From positions 253-64,252 of the forward strand of contig CAKOLI010000006.1 in assembly GCA_934096265.1 (NCBI GenBank): DNA of 64,000 nucleotides, read 5' to 3'. Source of the stretch: an uncultured Bacilli bacterium. Its GTDB lineage: Bacteria > Bacillota_I > Bacilli_A > RF39 > UBA660. The translations under genes were made by a program, and so were the position numbers. Shown one piece after another: positions 1-10,333 of the stretch (position 1 is its first letter; every line of letters starts with the position of its first letter). A model generated the notes under the pieces. The model saw nothing but the letters and a program-made list of their open reading frames with translations. It did no database searches and had not been told where the DNA came from.

Positions 1-144
1 GATATCGACGAATACGCAGACTTAATCGATGTTTTAATGGAGAGTGATTATATTGACTTGTTTGATATTGCAACGCAAAATACATTCTTTTTTACTCAAT
101 ACATAAAATCTAGGAAAAATGTTAAAAAGAAAGATAGAAATTAA
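1..144 (+). CDS. 3' end of an unidentified ORF entering from the left edge
   Basis: Frame 1 is open from nt 1 to TAA at 142-144 (...DIDEYADLIDVLMESDYIDLFDIATQNTFFFTQYIKSRKNVKKKDRN). It lies on the integrase side of tRNA-Gly. No recognisable motif. Confidence 0.3.
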   Translation, partial: DIDEYADLIDVLMESDYIDLFDIATQNTFFFTQYIKSRKNVKKKDRN

Positions 145-248
145 TTATTTAAATATTTGATTTTGTGATATAATTAATTTAGGATGGTGATAGCATGATT
201 TGACAAAATTAAAAATTAGTATATAATATCTCACTTGAGGTGAGAAGT

Positions 249-1223
249 ATGAGCTTTGAAGAAGCTTATAAAGAATTTTTAATCTTTGCTTCAAAACTGC
301 AAAAAAAACAAAGTTTTGATTGTCTCGCATACAATTTTAGTGCAAATATTTTATGTTTTTTTAAAAATTATACATTGAACAGTATTACAATACATGATAT
401 TGAAAAATGGCAAGATTTTATACTTAATAAAAATTTTTGTAACAACTATAATAAAAAACTCTTATCAATGTTAAAGTCATTTATTACTTTTTGTTATAAG
501 AGATATAATTTTGATATTTCAATTTTAAAAGATATTTCTGATTTCCCTTTAAAGTACGAACAAAAGAAAACAGATTTTTATACATTGAAAGAGTTTAAAC
601 GTTTTATTAAGTATGTAGATAACAATATTTATAAACAATTTTTCAATTTAATGTTTTATACAGGAACTAGACCAGGAGAAGCTATGGCTTTAAAATTTAC
701 TGATTTAAACAACGGTTTTGTTTCAATTAATAAAACTATTGATGAACACGGTAAGAGGCTCGTAGGTACTCCAAAATCGTTTTCTAGCTATAGAAAAATA
801 AAAATTGATAAATATTTATATCATGATTTGTTAAAACTAAAAAAATATTATGTTACTAAATTTTCAAACGAACATTATGATTATTATATTTTTGGTGGAA
901 TTAAACCTTTAGCACCAACTACCATTAATAGGTACAAAAAAATAGCCTGTCAAAAGGCTAATTTAAGGGCTATAACGCTTCACCAGTTTAGACATAGTCA
1001 TGCAACCTTACTGTTTAACAATAACGTAGATATTCACTATATTAAGGACAGATTAGGACATAGTAAGGTTTCAACCACGTTAGATTTTTATACCCATTGT
1101 TATTATGACCAAGAAAAAAGAGTTTTAAAAACTCTTAACTCAATGAGATTTAATTTTTTCGACTGTCTCGCATACAATTTAAAAAAATTATTCTCTATAT
1201 TAAAACATTTTACAATGCTTTAA
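249..1223 (+). CDS. int: Tyrosine-type site-specific recombinase / phage integrase
   Basis: Catalytic signature is visible: R in TGTRPGEAMAL, H-x-x-R in HQFRHSHATLL, H and Y in LGHSKVSTTLDFYTH. ATG at 249 is preceded by GAGGTGAG; the ORF track starts at GTG 240. Confidence 0.85.
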   Translation: MSFEEAYKEFLIFASKLQKKQSFDCLAYNFSANILCFFKNYTLNSITIHDIEKWQDFILNKNFCNNYNKKLLSMLKSFITFCYKRYNFDISILKDISDFPLKYEQKKTDFYTLKEFKRFIKYVDNNIYKQFFNLMFYTGTRPGEAMALKFTDLNNGFVSINKTIDEHGKRLVGTPKSFSSYRKIKIDKYLYHDLLKLKKYYVTKFSNEHYDYYIFGGIKPLAPTTINRYKKIACQKANLRAITLHQFRHSHATLLFNNNVDIHYIKDRLGHSKVSTTLDFYTHCYYDQEKRVLKTLNSMRFNFFDCLAYNLKKLFSILKHFTML

Positions 1224-1230
1224 ACTTTTT

Positions 1231-1304
1231 TGGAGCGGATGAGGAGAATCGAACTCCCGTGGTTAGCTTGGAAGGCTAAAGTTCTACCATTAAACTACAT
1301 CCGC
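1231..1304 (-). tRNA. tRNA-Gly (anticodon UCC)
   Basis: Reverse complement reads GCGGATGTAGTTTAATGGTAGAACTTTAGCCTTCCAAGCTAACCACGGGAGTTCGATTCTCCTCATCCGCTCCA. It has a 7-bp acceptor stem GCGGATG/CATCCGC, anticodon loop CTTCCAA, T-loop GTTCGATTC and an encoded CCA. Confidence 0.9.
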
Positions 1305-1368
1305 AAAACTGGTAGGCAATATAAATATTACTATATTTCCTACTATTTGTCAAGCAAATTAATTAAAA

Positions 1369-1920
1369 TTATATAAATATTTCAGTTTTTTTAGAATATA
1401 TAGGTTTATAATCCTTATTTACCATATATTTTTCAATCAAACAAACATCATTTTTCATCATACTCATAGGAACATCAATAATCCTCTGATTTGACGAACC
1501 CCTATACTGTAAATCCATATTTCTAAATTCAATCATAAATTTACCATCTACCAAAACATCAACATATTTTAATAAATTCCTATATTTTTCATATTTAATT
1601 AAATATTCATAATCAAATCCAGTATAACACCACACATTAAGGCCACGCTCTTTAGCAGCCTTCGCAATAAGCATACAAGCTTCTGGTTGCACCATTGGGT
1701 CCCCACCAGACAAAGTAATACCGTCTTGACATTCTAAATTTTTAATTTCATCAATAACTGTATCTACCGATACCGCAAAACCACCATCAAAATCATGCGT
1801 AGTTGGATTATGACAGAAAGGGCACTTATGTGGACATCCTTGAGTCCAAACAACCGTCCTAACGCCCTCTCCATCAACAATACTATCTACTTGTAAATCA
1901 CTTGCCAATCTAATATTCAT
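1369..1920 (-). CDS. nrdG: Anaerobic ribonucleoside-triphosphate reductase activating protein (radical SAM)
   Basis: CPHKCPFCHN radical-SAM cysteine cluster near the N-terminus. The start codon follows the stop of the nrdD small gene by 2 nt. Confidence 0.9.
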   Translation of the reverse strand: MNIRLASDLQVDSIVDGEGVRTVVWTQGCPHKCPFCHNPTTHDFDGGFAVSVDTVIDEIKNLECQDGITLSGGDPMVQPEACMLIAKAAKERGLNVWCYTGFDYEYLIKYEKYRNLLKYVDVLVDGKFMIEFRNMDLQYRGSSNQRIIDVPMSMMKNDVCLIEKYMVNKDYKPIYSKKTEIFI

Positions 1921-1922
1921 AA

Positions 1923-2087
1923 TTATTTACAACAACTACAAATTCCTTCAGTACTATGCTTTACTCTATCATGTTCTTCAGCACGTTTACCATTATTAAA
2001 TTTATCAGTAGTTCCAACTAAATAGCCAGTTATTCTTCTAATTCTTTCAAACTTAACCCCTTCACCAACTTTTTTCTTTTCTTTCAT
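1923..2087 (-). CDS. Stand-alone glycyl-radical domain of class III RNR (54 aa, NrdD C-terminal module)
   Basis: MKEKKKVGEGVKFERIRRITGYLVGTTDKFNNGKRAEEHDRVKH carries the R-x-x-G-Y glycyl-radical motif and the N-x-G-K...E...R-x-K-H tail of NrdD C-termini. Its own ATG at 2087 is preceded by AAGGAGGAGAGAAT. The frame differs from the large nrdD ORF. Confidence 0.75.
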   Translation of the reverse strand: MKEKKKVGEGVKFERIRRITGYLVGTTDKFNNGKRAEEHDRVKHSTEGICSCCK

Positions 2088-2101
2088 ATTCTCTCCTCCT
2101 T

Positions 2102-4408
2102 CTATCTTCCGTACTCTGTTAAAGTACAATTTCTTAAAGTTTCCATATTAACACCTTCGCCATCACGTCTTCCACAGTTAGGACACACTTCACCTATAAC
2201 ACCAGTATATCCACATACAGGATCTCTATCAACAGGATGATTAATAGCCCCATAACCAACACCTGCATCGTGCATCATATAAATAATCTTCTTAAACGCT
2301 TCAATATTTTGACAAGTATCACCATCAAGCTCTACATAACTAATATGACCAGCATTCGTAAACGCATGATAAGGACCTTCCAACTTCAATTTCTTTGCAA
2401 TACTAATATCATAGTAAACTGGTACATGGAAAGAATTAGTATAATAATCTCTATCAGTTACACCTGGAATAATACCATAAATACTCTTATCTATATTAGT
2501 AAACCTTCCACTAAGCCCTTCAGCGGGAGTAGCAAGCAACGTAAAATTCAATTTAGACTCTTCTGCATACTCATCAAGTCTTTTACGCATAAAACCAATT
2601 ATTTCAAGACCTAAATCTTGAGAAGATTTAGCTTCCCCATGATGCTTACCAGTCAATGCCTTTAAACACTCTGCCAAGCCAATAAAACCAATAGACAACG
2701 TACCTTGCTTAAGCACTCTTCTAAGTTTATCATTATCTTTGAGTTCCTTAGAATCTATCCACACACCTTGCCCCATCAAAAATGGAAAATTCTTTACCTT
2801 TTTATTACACTGAATTTCAAATCTTTCTAATAATTGATCCTTTACCAAATCCATTACATCAGAAAGCTCTGCATAAAACCCTTCCATATCAGGTTTTTTA
2901 TTACCAGAAACAATACCATGCTTAATACCCAATCTTGGTAAATTAATAGAAGTAAATGACAAATTACCACGACTAGTAACAACCTCATTATCCTTATCAT
3001 ACACATTACCAATAACTCTTGTACGACATCCCATATAAGCTATCTCAGTACGATAATCTCCTTCTTTATAATAATGCAAATTAAATGGCACATCTATAAA
3101 TGAAAAATTAGGAAACAACCTCTTAGCGGAAACCTTACATGCTAACTCAAACAAATCATAATTCTTATCTTCTTTGTAATAATTAACCCCTTCCTTCATC
3201 TTAAAAATCGATATTGGAAATATAGGAGTTTCCCCATGACCTAAACCACTATCCGCAGCTAGTAAATAATTCTTAATTACCATTCTACCTTCAGCAGAAG
3301 TATCAGTACCAAAATTTATTGAAGAAAATGGCACTTGAGCACCAGCCCTAGAATGCATTGTATTCAAATTATGGATAAACGCTTCCATTGCTTGATACGT
3401 AATACGATCAGTCTTAAGTAATGCCTTATCATATGCTTTTCTAAATATTCTTCTAAGAACCTCACCATTAGCACTATCTTCACCATCATTTATATATTTA
3501 TCAAACATATCAAGATTTACTTCAATACTTTGTAACTTATCAATATCCTTACTTATAGCATCAAATTTAATTAAAGTTAAAAAACCATCTAAATCCAAAT
3601 AATCATATATCATTTGCTTAAATTGCTTCCTAAAAGTCTTCATAACCCCAGGAGCCATATAATAATCAAACGCAGGAATACTTTGGCCTCCATGTTGATC
3701 ATTTTGATTAGATTGAATAGCAATTGCACATAACGCAGCATAAGACATAATATCTTGTGGCTCTCTAAGATGACCATGACCAGTAGAAAAACCATTCTTA
3801 AACAACTTAGCTATATCTATTTGTGTACACGTAGTAGTACCCATAGGCAAGAAATCCATATCATGAATATGAATAAGCCCCTCATCATGAGCATCAGCAT
3901 ATTTATTCTTCATAAGATAAGCCTTCGCAAACTCCTTAGAAAATGCAGAACCATATTGAAGCATAGTACCCATAGCAGTATCCCCATCAACATTAGCATT
4001 CTCCCTCTTAGAATCTTCCTCATTAGCTTCTTTCAACCCTAAAGCTTCAGCGGCCTTAGTTAACTTATGAAACTTCTTACCAAAAGCTTCCCTAGAGCTA
4101 TTTCTCCTAGCACGATACTCAGAATAATGATTATAAACATCTTCATACCCTAATTCCTTAAGTCTATCTTCAATTATATCTTGAATACTCTCTATCTTAA
4201 TAGTCTTCCTCTCACAATAATCTTCAATTATCTTATCAATAACACTTGCATACACCCTATTTTCATCAGTAATAGTATATTCTTCATTGTTAAGACCATC
4301 AAACCCCTTCTTTATCGCAATAGCGATTTTCTCTGCATTAAAATCTACTTTTTTGCCTTCCCGTTTAATAACTTTCAAGTCTTCAAGTTTATCTAAATTT
4401 TGTATCAT
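2102..4408 (-). CDS. nrdD: Anaerobic ribonucleoside-triphosphate reductase, large part (ATP-cone, catalytic barrel, Zn ribbon) without a canonical glycyl-radical motif
   Basis: N-terminal ATP-cone (VIKREGKKVDFNAEKIAIAIKKG) and a C-terminal Zn ribbon (C..CPNCG). The ORF ends ...GEGVNMETLRNCTLTEYGR*, with Thr where the radical Gly is expected. Confidence 0.9.
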   Translation of the reverse strand: MIQNLDKLEDLKVIKREGKKVDFNAEKIAIAIKKGFDGLNNEEYTITDENRVYASVIDKIIEDYCERKTIKIESIQDIIEDRLKELGYEDVYNHYSEYRARRNSSREAFGKKFHKLTKAAEALGLKEANEEDSKRENANVDGDTAMGTMLQYGSAFSKEFAKAYLMKNKYADAHDEGLIHIHDMDFLPMGTTTCTQIDIAKLFKNGFSTGHGHLREPQDIMSYAALCAIAIQSNQNDQHGGQSIPAFDYYMAPGVMKTFRKQFKQMIYDYLDLDGFLTLIKFDAISKDIDKLQSIEVNLDMFDKYINDGEDSANGEVLRRIFRKAYDKALLKTDRITYQAMEAFIHNLNTMHSRAGAQVPFSSINFGTDTSAEGRMVIKNYLLAADSGLGHGETPIFPISIFKMKEGVNYYKEDKNYDLFELACKVSAKRLFPNFSFIDVPFNLHYYKEGDYRTEIAYMGCRTRVIGNVYDKDNEVVTSRGNLSFTSINLPRLGIKHGIVSGNKKPDMEGFYAELSDVMDLVKDQLLERFEIQCNKKVKNFPFLMGQGVWIDSKELKDNDKLRRVLKQGTLSIGFIGLAECLKALTGKHHGEAKSSQDLGLEIIGFMRKRLDEYAEESKLNFTLLATPAEGLSGRFTNIDKSIYGIIPGVTDRDYYTNSFHVPVYYDISIAKKLKLEGPYHAFTNAGHISYVELDGDTCQNIEAFKKIIYMMHDAGVGYGAINHPVDRDPVCGYTGVIGEVCPNCGRRDGEGVNMETLRNCTLTEYGR

Positions 4409-4544
4409 TTTTTCACTCCTCCAACTTCTTCAAAAAATGTAAAACCGCATTTTTGCACTTTTTTACTTTTCTATCTAATAACAGTTTATCACTTATTATA
4501 TAAGGTGTCAATAGTTTTTTATAGAAAATATGTTCGTGTATTTT

Positions 4545-4580
4545 AAAAGAAAAAAATAAAGTCTTGTAATATAAGACTTT
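4545..4580 (-). terminator. Putative intrinsic terminator after tex
   Basis: Hairpin AAAGTCTT-N7-AAGACTTT at 4558-4580, followed on the minus strand by ATTTTTTTCTTTT. Confidence 0.45.
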
Positions 4581-4668
4581 ATCAAAAAATGTAAAAATTT
4601 ATTTTTTTATCACATCATGTAAACTAGTAAAATTAGACCCAATTAAAATGATTAAAAACTAAAAATAT

Positions 4669-6816
4669 TTACCTAGGTAACATTGATAATTGTACCTTCT
4701 TCTTCTCCAAATTAACGTCCTTAACATAACAATCTATTATATCTCCAACATTAACTATATCCATAGGATTCTTAACATATTCATTAGACAACTCTGATAT
4801 ATGAATTAACCCATCATTCTTAAGACCTATATCCACGAAAGCCCCAAAGTCTACTACATTCCTAACCGTACCTTGCAACTTCATTCCAACAACTAAATTC
4901 TCTATCTTAATAATATCACTTCTAAGTAAAGGCTTTTCAAATGAATCTCGATAATCCCTACCTGGCTGTTTTAAACATTTAATTATATCAGAAAGAGTAT
5001 ATTCATCCACCATAAGCTTCTTTGCATAATCACTTACATCAACCTTATCTAACAAAGAAACTAACTCCACGGTACCAATATCATTTATATTTTTACCAAG
5101 CATTCCTAAAAATTCTAAAGTTTTCTGATAACTCTCAGGATGAATAGAAGTCATATCCAAAATATTATCTCCATCTACAACCCTAATAAACCCAACAGAC
5201 TGTTCATAAACCTTATCACTTATCCCTTTAATACCCTTATATTCATTTCTAGACATAATCTTCCCATGAGCCTCTCTATATGAAAGTATCTTATCAATAA
5301 CACTCTTAGTAAGACCAGAAACATACCTAAGTAACGAAGAAGACGCCGTATTAATGTTAACCCCAACATTATTAACAGCTTTAGAAACAACAAAGCATAA
5401 AGACTCATCCAGCCTCTTCTCATTAACATCATGTTGATACAAACCAACACCAATACTCTTACAATCTATTTTTACAAGTTCCGCTAGAGGATCTTGTAAC
5501 CTTCTAGCAATACTAATCGCACTACGTTCCTCAACATGTAAATTAGGGAACTCAGAAATAGCCAATTTTGAAGCCGAATAAACAGAAGCTCCAGCCTCAC
5601 TCACTATTATATACTCTACCTTTTTCTTCTTAATTAAAGGAATAACCTCTGCAACTAACAATTCACTCTCCCTAGAAGCAGTACCATTACCTATAGCAAT
5701 AATATCAACATCATATTTCTCTACCAAATTCTTAATAACTTCCTTAGCCTCATTCCACTTATTTTTAGGCTCATGAGGATATATAACTGTAATATCTTGC
5801 ACCCTAGATGCCCCATCAATAACGGCTAACTTACATCCAGTTCTATACGCAGGATCAAGACCCAATACAACCTTATCCTTCATTGGAAATTGCAACAACA
5901 ACTTCTCTAAATTACTTGAAAAAACAGATATAGCCTGCTCCTCACCTCTATCAGTTAACTCATTTCTTATCTCCCTATCAATACTAGGCTTAATAAGCCT
6001 CTTATAACTATCCTTTATTGCATCACATACAATATCTACCACAGAAGAATTTTTATCCTTAATAACCTTATCCTCTAAATATTTAATAACATTCTCATCC
6101 ATAACAGATACAGATACACTAAGTATACCATCCTTCTCACCACGATTAATAGCCAAAATACGATGAGGCTTCATATACTTAATCCTATCACTATAATCAT
6201 AATAAATCTCATAAGTCAAATCTTCATCAACAGCCTTAGCCTTCTTCTTACTAACTATCTGACCATTATTATATATATAACTTCTAATACTTTTACGATA
6301 TATAGCATTATCACTAATCCATTCACTAATTATATACTTAGCTAAAGTTATAGCCTCATCATAAGACTTAACCACCTCATTTAAATATTTACATACATAA
6401 TCTTCTTCTAATTTACTAGGAAAACTCATTATAACCTTAGCAAGTGGCTCAAGACCATTCTCAATAGCAAAAGTAGCCTTCGTCTTTTTCTTCTCTTTAT
6501 ACGGCCTATACAAATCCTCTACCTCTACTAACTTCTCACACTTCATAATATCATCCTTTAAACTAGAAGTAAGCATCCCCTTCTCATCAATAAGCCTAAT
6601 TACATCTTCCTTCCTTTTTAAAAGATTAACTTGATACTCATACACATCATTAATCTTCCTTATCTCTTCCTCATCCATATTACCAGTAACTTCCTTGCGG
6701 TATCTCGCAATAAAAGGAATAGTATTCCCATCTTCAAGTAACTTCAAAGTATTTCTAACAGAAATATCCTTAACACCAAGCTCCTTTGCTATATTACTAA
6801 TTATATTATCATTCAT
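4669..6816 (-). CDS. tex: Tex-like transcription accessory protein (YqgF/HhH/S1 domains)
   Basis: 715 aa. N-terminus ...IPFIARYRKEVTGNMDEEEIR is typical of Tex. C-terminal S1 domain (GTVRNVVDFGAFVDIG...GLIHISEL). Confidence 0.9.
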   Translation of the reverse strand: MNDNIISNIAKELGVKDISVRNTLKLLEDGNTIPFIARYRKEVTGNMDEEEIRKINDVYEYQVNLLKRKEDVIRLIDEKGMLTSSLKDDIMKCEKLVEVEDLYRPYKEKKKTKATFAIENGLEPLAKVIMSFPSKLEEDYVCKYLNEVVKSYDEAITLAKYIISEWISDNAIYRKSIRSYIYNNGQIVSKKKAKAVDEDLTYEIYYDYSDRIKYMKPHRILAINRGEKDGILSVSVSVMDENVIKYLEDKVIKDKNSSVVDIVCDAIKDSYKRLIKPSIDREIRNELTDRGEEQAISVFSSNLEKLLLQFPMKDKVVLGLDPAYRTGCKLAVIDGASRVQDITVIYPHEPKNKWNEAKEVIKNLVEKYDVDIIAIGNGTASRESELLVAEVIPLIKKKKVEYIIVSEAGASVYSASKLAISEFPNLHVEERSAISIARRLQDPLAELVKIDCKSIGVGLYQHDVNEKRLDESLCFVVSKAVNNVGVNINTASSSLLRYVSGLTKSVIDKILSYREAHGKIMSRNEYKGIKGISDKVYEQSVGFIRVVDGDNILDMTSIHPESYQKTLEFLGMLGKNINDIGTVELVSLLDKVDVSDYAKKLMVDEYTLSDIIKCLKQPGRDYRDSFEKPLLRSDIIKIENLVVGMKLQGTVRNVVDFGAFVDIGLKNDGLIHISELSNEYVKNPMDIVNVGDIIDCYVKDVNLEKKKVQLSMLPR

Positions 6817-6915
6817 ATTACCAATTCTCCTCTCATAATACCATAACTAAAATTATAACATATCATTTAAAAAAATAACAAAAAAATTAACTTAAGACAA
6901 ACAATCATAAGTTAA

Positions 6916-8109
6916 TCACTTCTTCTTAAGCATATCCCCATATATAACTTTATCATTACCAAATCTCTTCCTAAGAGAATCAACTACCGCCTGTACACCA
7001 CTCTCAGTCTCTACCTTATGATTATCATCAAATAAAGATAACTGAAACTTATAAGAAGAAGAAAACGAAGTAACACCTACACATATATTTCTAATTGCCT
7101 TACCATTCCATAACTTATCAAACAAAGAAGAAAAACTATTATACAAATCATTATCAGAATTAATTCCTCTATCTAATTTATATTGTTTACTAAATTTACT
7201 AAAATCAGAGTACTTAATTGAGACAAACACAACAGAGGCATTAAATCCCTGTCTCCTAAGTTTATCGCCAACATCAATAGACAACTCTCTAATTACATTC
7301 TTAATTGCCTTGCTATCATCATAATCATATGGAAGTACAGTAGAAGCACTAATACTCTTAGGACTAACACTCTCATATTCCACAGAAGAACTATCTATCC
7401 CATTAGCATAATCATGCATTAAATATCCCATACTCTTAAAATGCTTAACCAAAAAATCTACATCCGTATTAGCTAAATCCCCTATAGTATTAATTCCAAG
7501 AGCTATAAGCTTCTCACTAGTCTTCTTCCCAATCATAAATAAATCAGAAACAGAAAGACCCCACGTCTTATCTCTGACCTCATTCATAAAAAGCGTATGC
7601 ACTTTATCTGGCTTTGTAAAATCAGAAGCCATTTTAGCACATAATTTATTTTCACCTACACCTACATTAACTGTAAAGCCAAATTTCTCTTTAATATCCT
7701 CCTTAATCTTATAAGCAATCTTAACTGGATCTCCAAATAAACTTAAAGAATCTGTATAGTCAATAAAACACTCATCAATAGAATATCTCTCTACCTTGTC
7801 AGAATAAGTTAACAAATACTCATACATCATATCAGAATACTTTTTATATATTTTAAAATCAGGAGCAAAAACCTCCAAATTAGGACACTTAGTTCTAGCC
7901 ATATAAAGACTTTCTCCCGTTACAACACCCATTCTCTTAGCGGGAATACTCTTTGCAAGCACTATTCCCTTTCTCTGTGACTCATCCCCTCCAATAACCG
8001 CAAAACGATGTCTAATATCTACTTGATAACCATTGTTTAACATGTTAACTGCAGACCATGATAAAAAAGCATTATTAACATCTATATGTAATATTATCCT
8101 CTTTTTCAT
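6916..8109 (-). CDS. dinB: Y-family DNA polymerase (Pol IV / DinB-like)
   Basis: MKKRIILHIDVNNAFLSWSAV..., SIDECFID motif, little-finger C-terminus. ATG at 8109 is preceded by AGAGGTGA; the track start at 8172 is an upstream extension. Confidence 0.85.
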   Translation of the reverse strand: MKKRIILHIDVNNAFLSWSAVNMLNNGYQVDIRHRFAVIGGDESQRKGIVLAKSIPAKRMGVVTGESLYMARTKCPNLEVFAPDFKIYKKYSDMMYEYLLTYSDKVERYSIDECFIDYTDSLSLFGDPVKIAYKIKEDIKEKFGFTVNVGVGENKLCAKMASDFTKPDKVHTLFMNEVRDKTWGLSVSDLFMIGKKTSEKLIALGINTIGDLANTDVDFLVKHFKSMGYLMHDYANGIDSSSVEYESVSPKSISASTVLPYDYDDSKAIKNVIRELSIDVGDKLRRQGFNASVVFVSIKYSDFSKFSKQYKLDRGINSDNDLYNSFSSLFDKLWNGKAIRNICVGVTSFSSSYKFQLSLFDDNHKVETESGVQAVVDSLRKRFGNDKVIYGDMLKKK

Positions 8110-8184
8110 GATATCACCTCTATAAATATAATAACATATGTTTGTATTTTTTGCAAGAAAAAATAGATACATTTAATATCTATT

Positions 8185-8862
8185 CTAATCATTCCTAGCG
8201 GCCAAAATAAGTCTAAGAATTTGAATTAACGTATTTACCAAAGCTGCTACATAAGTAAACGCGGCCGCCTTAAGCATATTAACACAGCCCTCTTCTTCAT
8301 TATCACAAACAATATTCATATTAACAAGTTCTTCCCTAGCCCTACGTGATGCATCAAACTCAACAGGTAAAGTAACCAACTGAAAAATTAAAGTAGTACT
8401 AAGCAAACCTATTCCAGCATAGGTCCATCCCAATTCTCCAAATAAAAAACCTATTACAAGCACAAAATAACCTATCTTAGAAGCAAAATTAACTATTGGT
8501 ACAATCTTAGAACGAATCTTCATCATCGTATATCCTTCTTTATCTTGAATAGCATGGCCAACCTCATGAGCGGCTACTGACATAGAAGCTATAGACGTAC
8601 CATTAAATATAGAATTAGAAAGCCTAACTACCTTCCTAGAAGGATCATAATGATCAGTAAGTTCTCCCTTAACAGAAACTACATGAACGTCAGAAAGACC
8701 ATTCTTATCAAGAATCTTTCTAGCTACCTCAAATCCTGTAATCCCATTTCTATTCTTAATTTTTTTATACTTACCATAACTAACATTAATATATATTTGT
8801 GAACCTATCGTAATAACCAAAGAAATAATAAATAACAAATCAAACCCATAATACCAATTCAT
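8185..8862 (-). CDS. Membrane zinc metallopeptidase (YugP / Zn_peptidase_2 family)
   Basis: HEVGHAIQ zinc motif flanked by N- and C-terminal hydrophobic segments. Confidence 0.8.
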   Translation of the reverse strand: MNWYYGFDLLFIISLVITIGSQIYINVSYGKYKKIKNRNGITGFEVARKILDKNGLSDVHVVSVKGELTDHYDPSRKVVRLSNSIFNGTSIASMSVAAHEVGHAIQDKEGYTMMKIRSKIVPIVNFASKIGYFVLVIGFLFGELGWTYAGIGLLSTTLIFQLVTLPVEFDASRRAREELVNMNIVCDNEEEGCVNMLKAAAFTYVAALVNTLIQILRLILAARND

Positions 8863-8870
8863 AACTTCAC

Positions 8871-10274
8871 CTATCCTTTTAATTCAAATATAACACCATC
8901 TCTAGTATCCTTAATAATTACACCATGAGCAAGCAACTCTTCTCTTATCTTATCAGCTTCCTCATAATTCTTCTCTTTCTTAAAAGCATTTCTCTTACTA
9001 ATCATCTCATTTATATAAATTTCCATATCTTTAGAAACAACATTATCTTCTTCTAAAGCCAAATTAAGAGATAAAACTTTATCAAAATCAATAACTAAAT
9101 ACCTTTTAGTGGCATCATTCAAACTATCATCCTTAAGTACATCATACAAAACAGTAAGCCCCATCGCAGTATTTAAATCCATAAATAGTGCATCCTTAAA
9201 CCTATCCTGATATATTAAAGCCTTATCCATACAAACTTCACCATCATTACTTAAACTCTTAATCTTATTCTTAAGCTTTCGATAAGCACTATCAGCTCCT
9301 TGTAAAATATCATAACTAAACGTAAGTGGTTTACGATAATGACTTTGTAAACAAAGAAGTCTATATACCAAAGGATTATAACCTTTACTAATCAATAAAG
9401 ACAAAGTTAAAAACTCTCCACTAGATTTACTCATCTTACCGTGCAAATCATTAAGATGTTCTACATGAAACCAATAATTACACCATTTATGCCCAATAAA
9501 ACTTTCCGTCTGAGCTATCTCATTAGTATGATGAGGAAATATATTATCAACACCACCACAGTGGATATCTAAATACTCCCCTAAATACTTAAGAGCAATA
9601 GCAGAACACTCAATATGCCATCCTGGATATCCATATCCCCAAGGACTATCCCATTTAAGCTCCTGATCATTAAATTTTGACTTAGTAAACCAAAGAACAA
9701 AATCAGTCTTATTACGCTTATTAACATCTTCTTCTACATCATCTCTAACTCCAACTACTAAATCTTCCTCATTATGATTAGTAAGAACATAGTACTCAAC
9801 TAACTTAGATGTATCGAAATACACATTCCCATTACTAAAATATGCATATCCCTTATCTATAAGCCCACTAATCATCTTTATATAATAATCTATCATTGAA
9901 GTAGCAGGTACCACAATATCAGGTTTCTTATTATTAACAAGAGCCATATCATCAAAGAAAGCATTAGTATATATCTTCGCTATCTCCAAAACAGTCTTAT
10001 GTTCTCTAATAGCCCCTTTTACCATCTTATCTTCCCCAGTATCGGCATCACTAGACAAATGACCAACATCAGTAATATTCATAGCCCTCTTAACCTTATA
10101 ACCAGCATATATAAGCATCTTCTCCAAAACATCTTCCATTATATAAGATCTTAAATTACCTATATGTGCATAATGATACACAGTAGGACCACAAGTATAC
10201 ATAGTTACTTCCTTATCATTATAAGGATGAAACTCCTCTAACTTCCTACTCTTAGTATTATATAATTTAATCAT
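8871..10274 (-). CDS. cysS: Cysteine--tRNA ligase
   Basis: HIGNLRSY and KMSKSSG class I signatures. ATG at 10274 is preceded by GGAGGTG. Confidence 0.95.
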   Translation of the reverse strand: MIKLYNTKSRKLEEFHPYNDKEVTMYTCGPTVYHYAHIGNLRSYIMEDVLEKMLIYAGYKVKRAMNITDVGHLSSDADTGEDKMVKGAIREHKTVLEIAKIYTNAFFDDMALVNNKKPDIVVPATSMIDYYIKMISGLIDKGYAYFSNGNVYFDTSKLVEYYVLTNHNEEDLVVGVRDDVEEDVNKRNKTDFVLWFTKSKFNDQELKWDSPWGYGYPGWHIECSAIALKYLGEYLDIHCGGVDNIFPHHTNEIAQTESFIGHKWCNYWFHVEHLNDLHGKMSKSSGEFLTLSLLISKGYNPLVYRLLCLQSHYRKPLTFSYDILQGADSAYRKLKNKIKSLSNDGEVCMDKALIYQDRFKDALFMDLNTAMGLTVLYDVLKDDSLNDATKRYLVIDFDKVLSLNLALEEDNVVSKDMEIYINEMISKRNAFKKEKNYEEADKIREELLAHGVIIKDTRDGVIFELKG

Positions 10275-10333
10275 TATAAACACCTCCATTAAAATATATC
10301 ACATAATTATGTTTAAATTATGGTAATATAATG

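Larger units (their letters stand above)
1..1230. mobile_element. Right-hand end of an integrated element (phage, ICE or island) inserted next to tRNA-Gly; the rest lies left of the window
   Basis: An intact tyrosine integrase ends 8 nt from the 3' end of a tRNA gene, the classic arrangement for tRNA-targeted integration. The other boundary is not visible. Confidence 0.45.

Noticed and set aside
145-330. 61-aa minus-strand ORF overlapping the integrase start
   Set aside because: It overlaps the integrase promoter and start, and has no RBS or motif.
2087-2129. Longer version of the small nrdD ORF (track start at 2129), or a simple sequencing frameshift joining it to nrdD
   Set aside because: The upstream extension starts at a TTG inside nrdD without an RBS, whereas ATG 2087 has AAGGAGG at ideal spacing. 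A single-base correction would give a Zn-ribbon-to-Gly linker about 25 aa too long and a duplicated GEGV segment. A true split is therefore favoured, though read-level verification is still advised.
4490-4507. NrdR box upstream of nrdD (CACTTATTATATAAGGTG)
   Set aside because: It is an imperfect palindrome of the wrong length relative to the 16-bp NrdR consensus as I recall it. I could not find the usual second box at about 31-bp spacing. Left uncalled.
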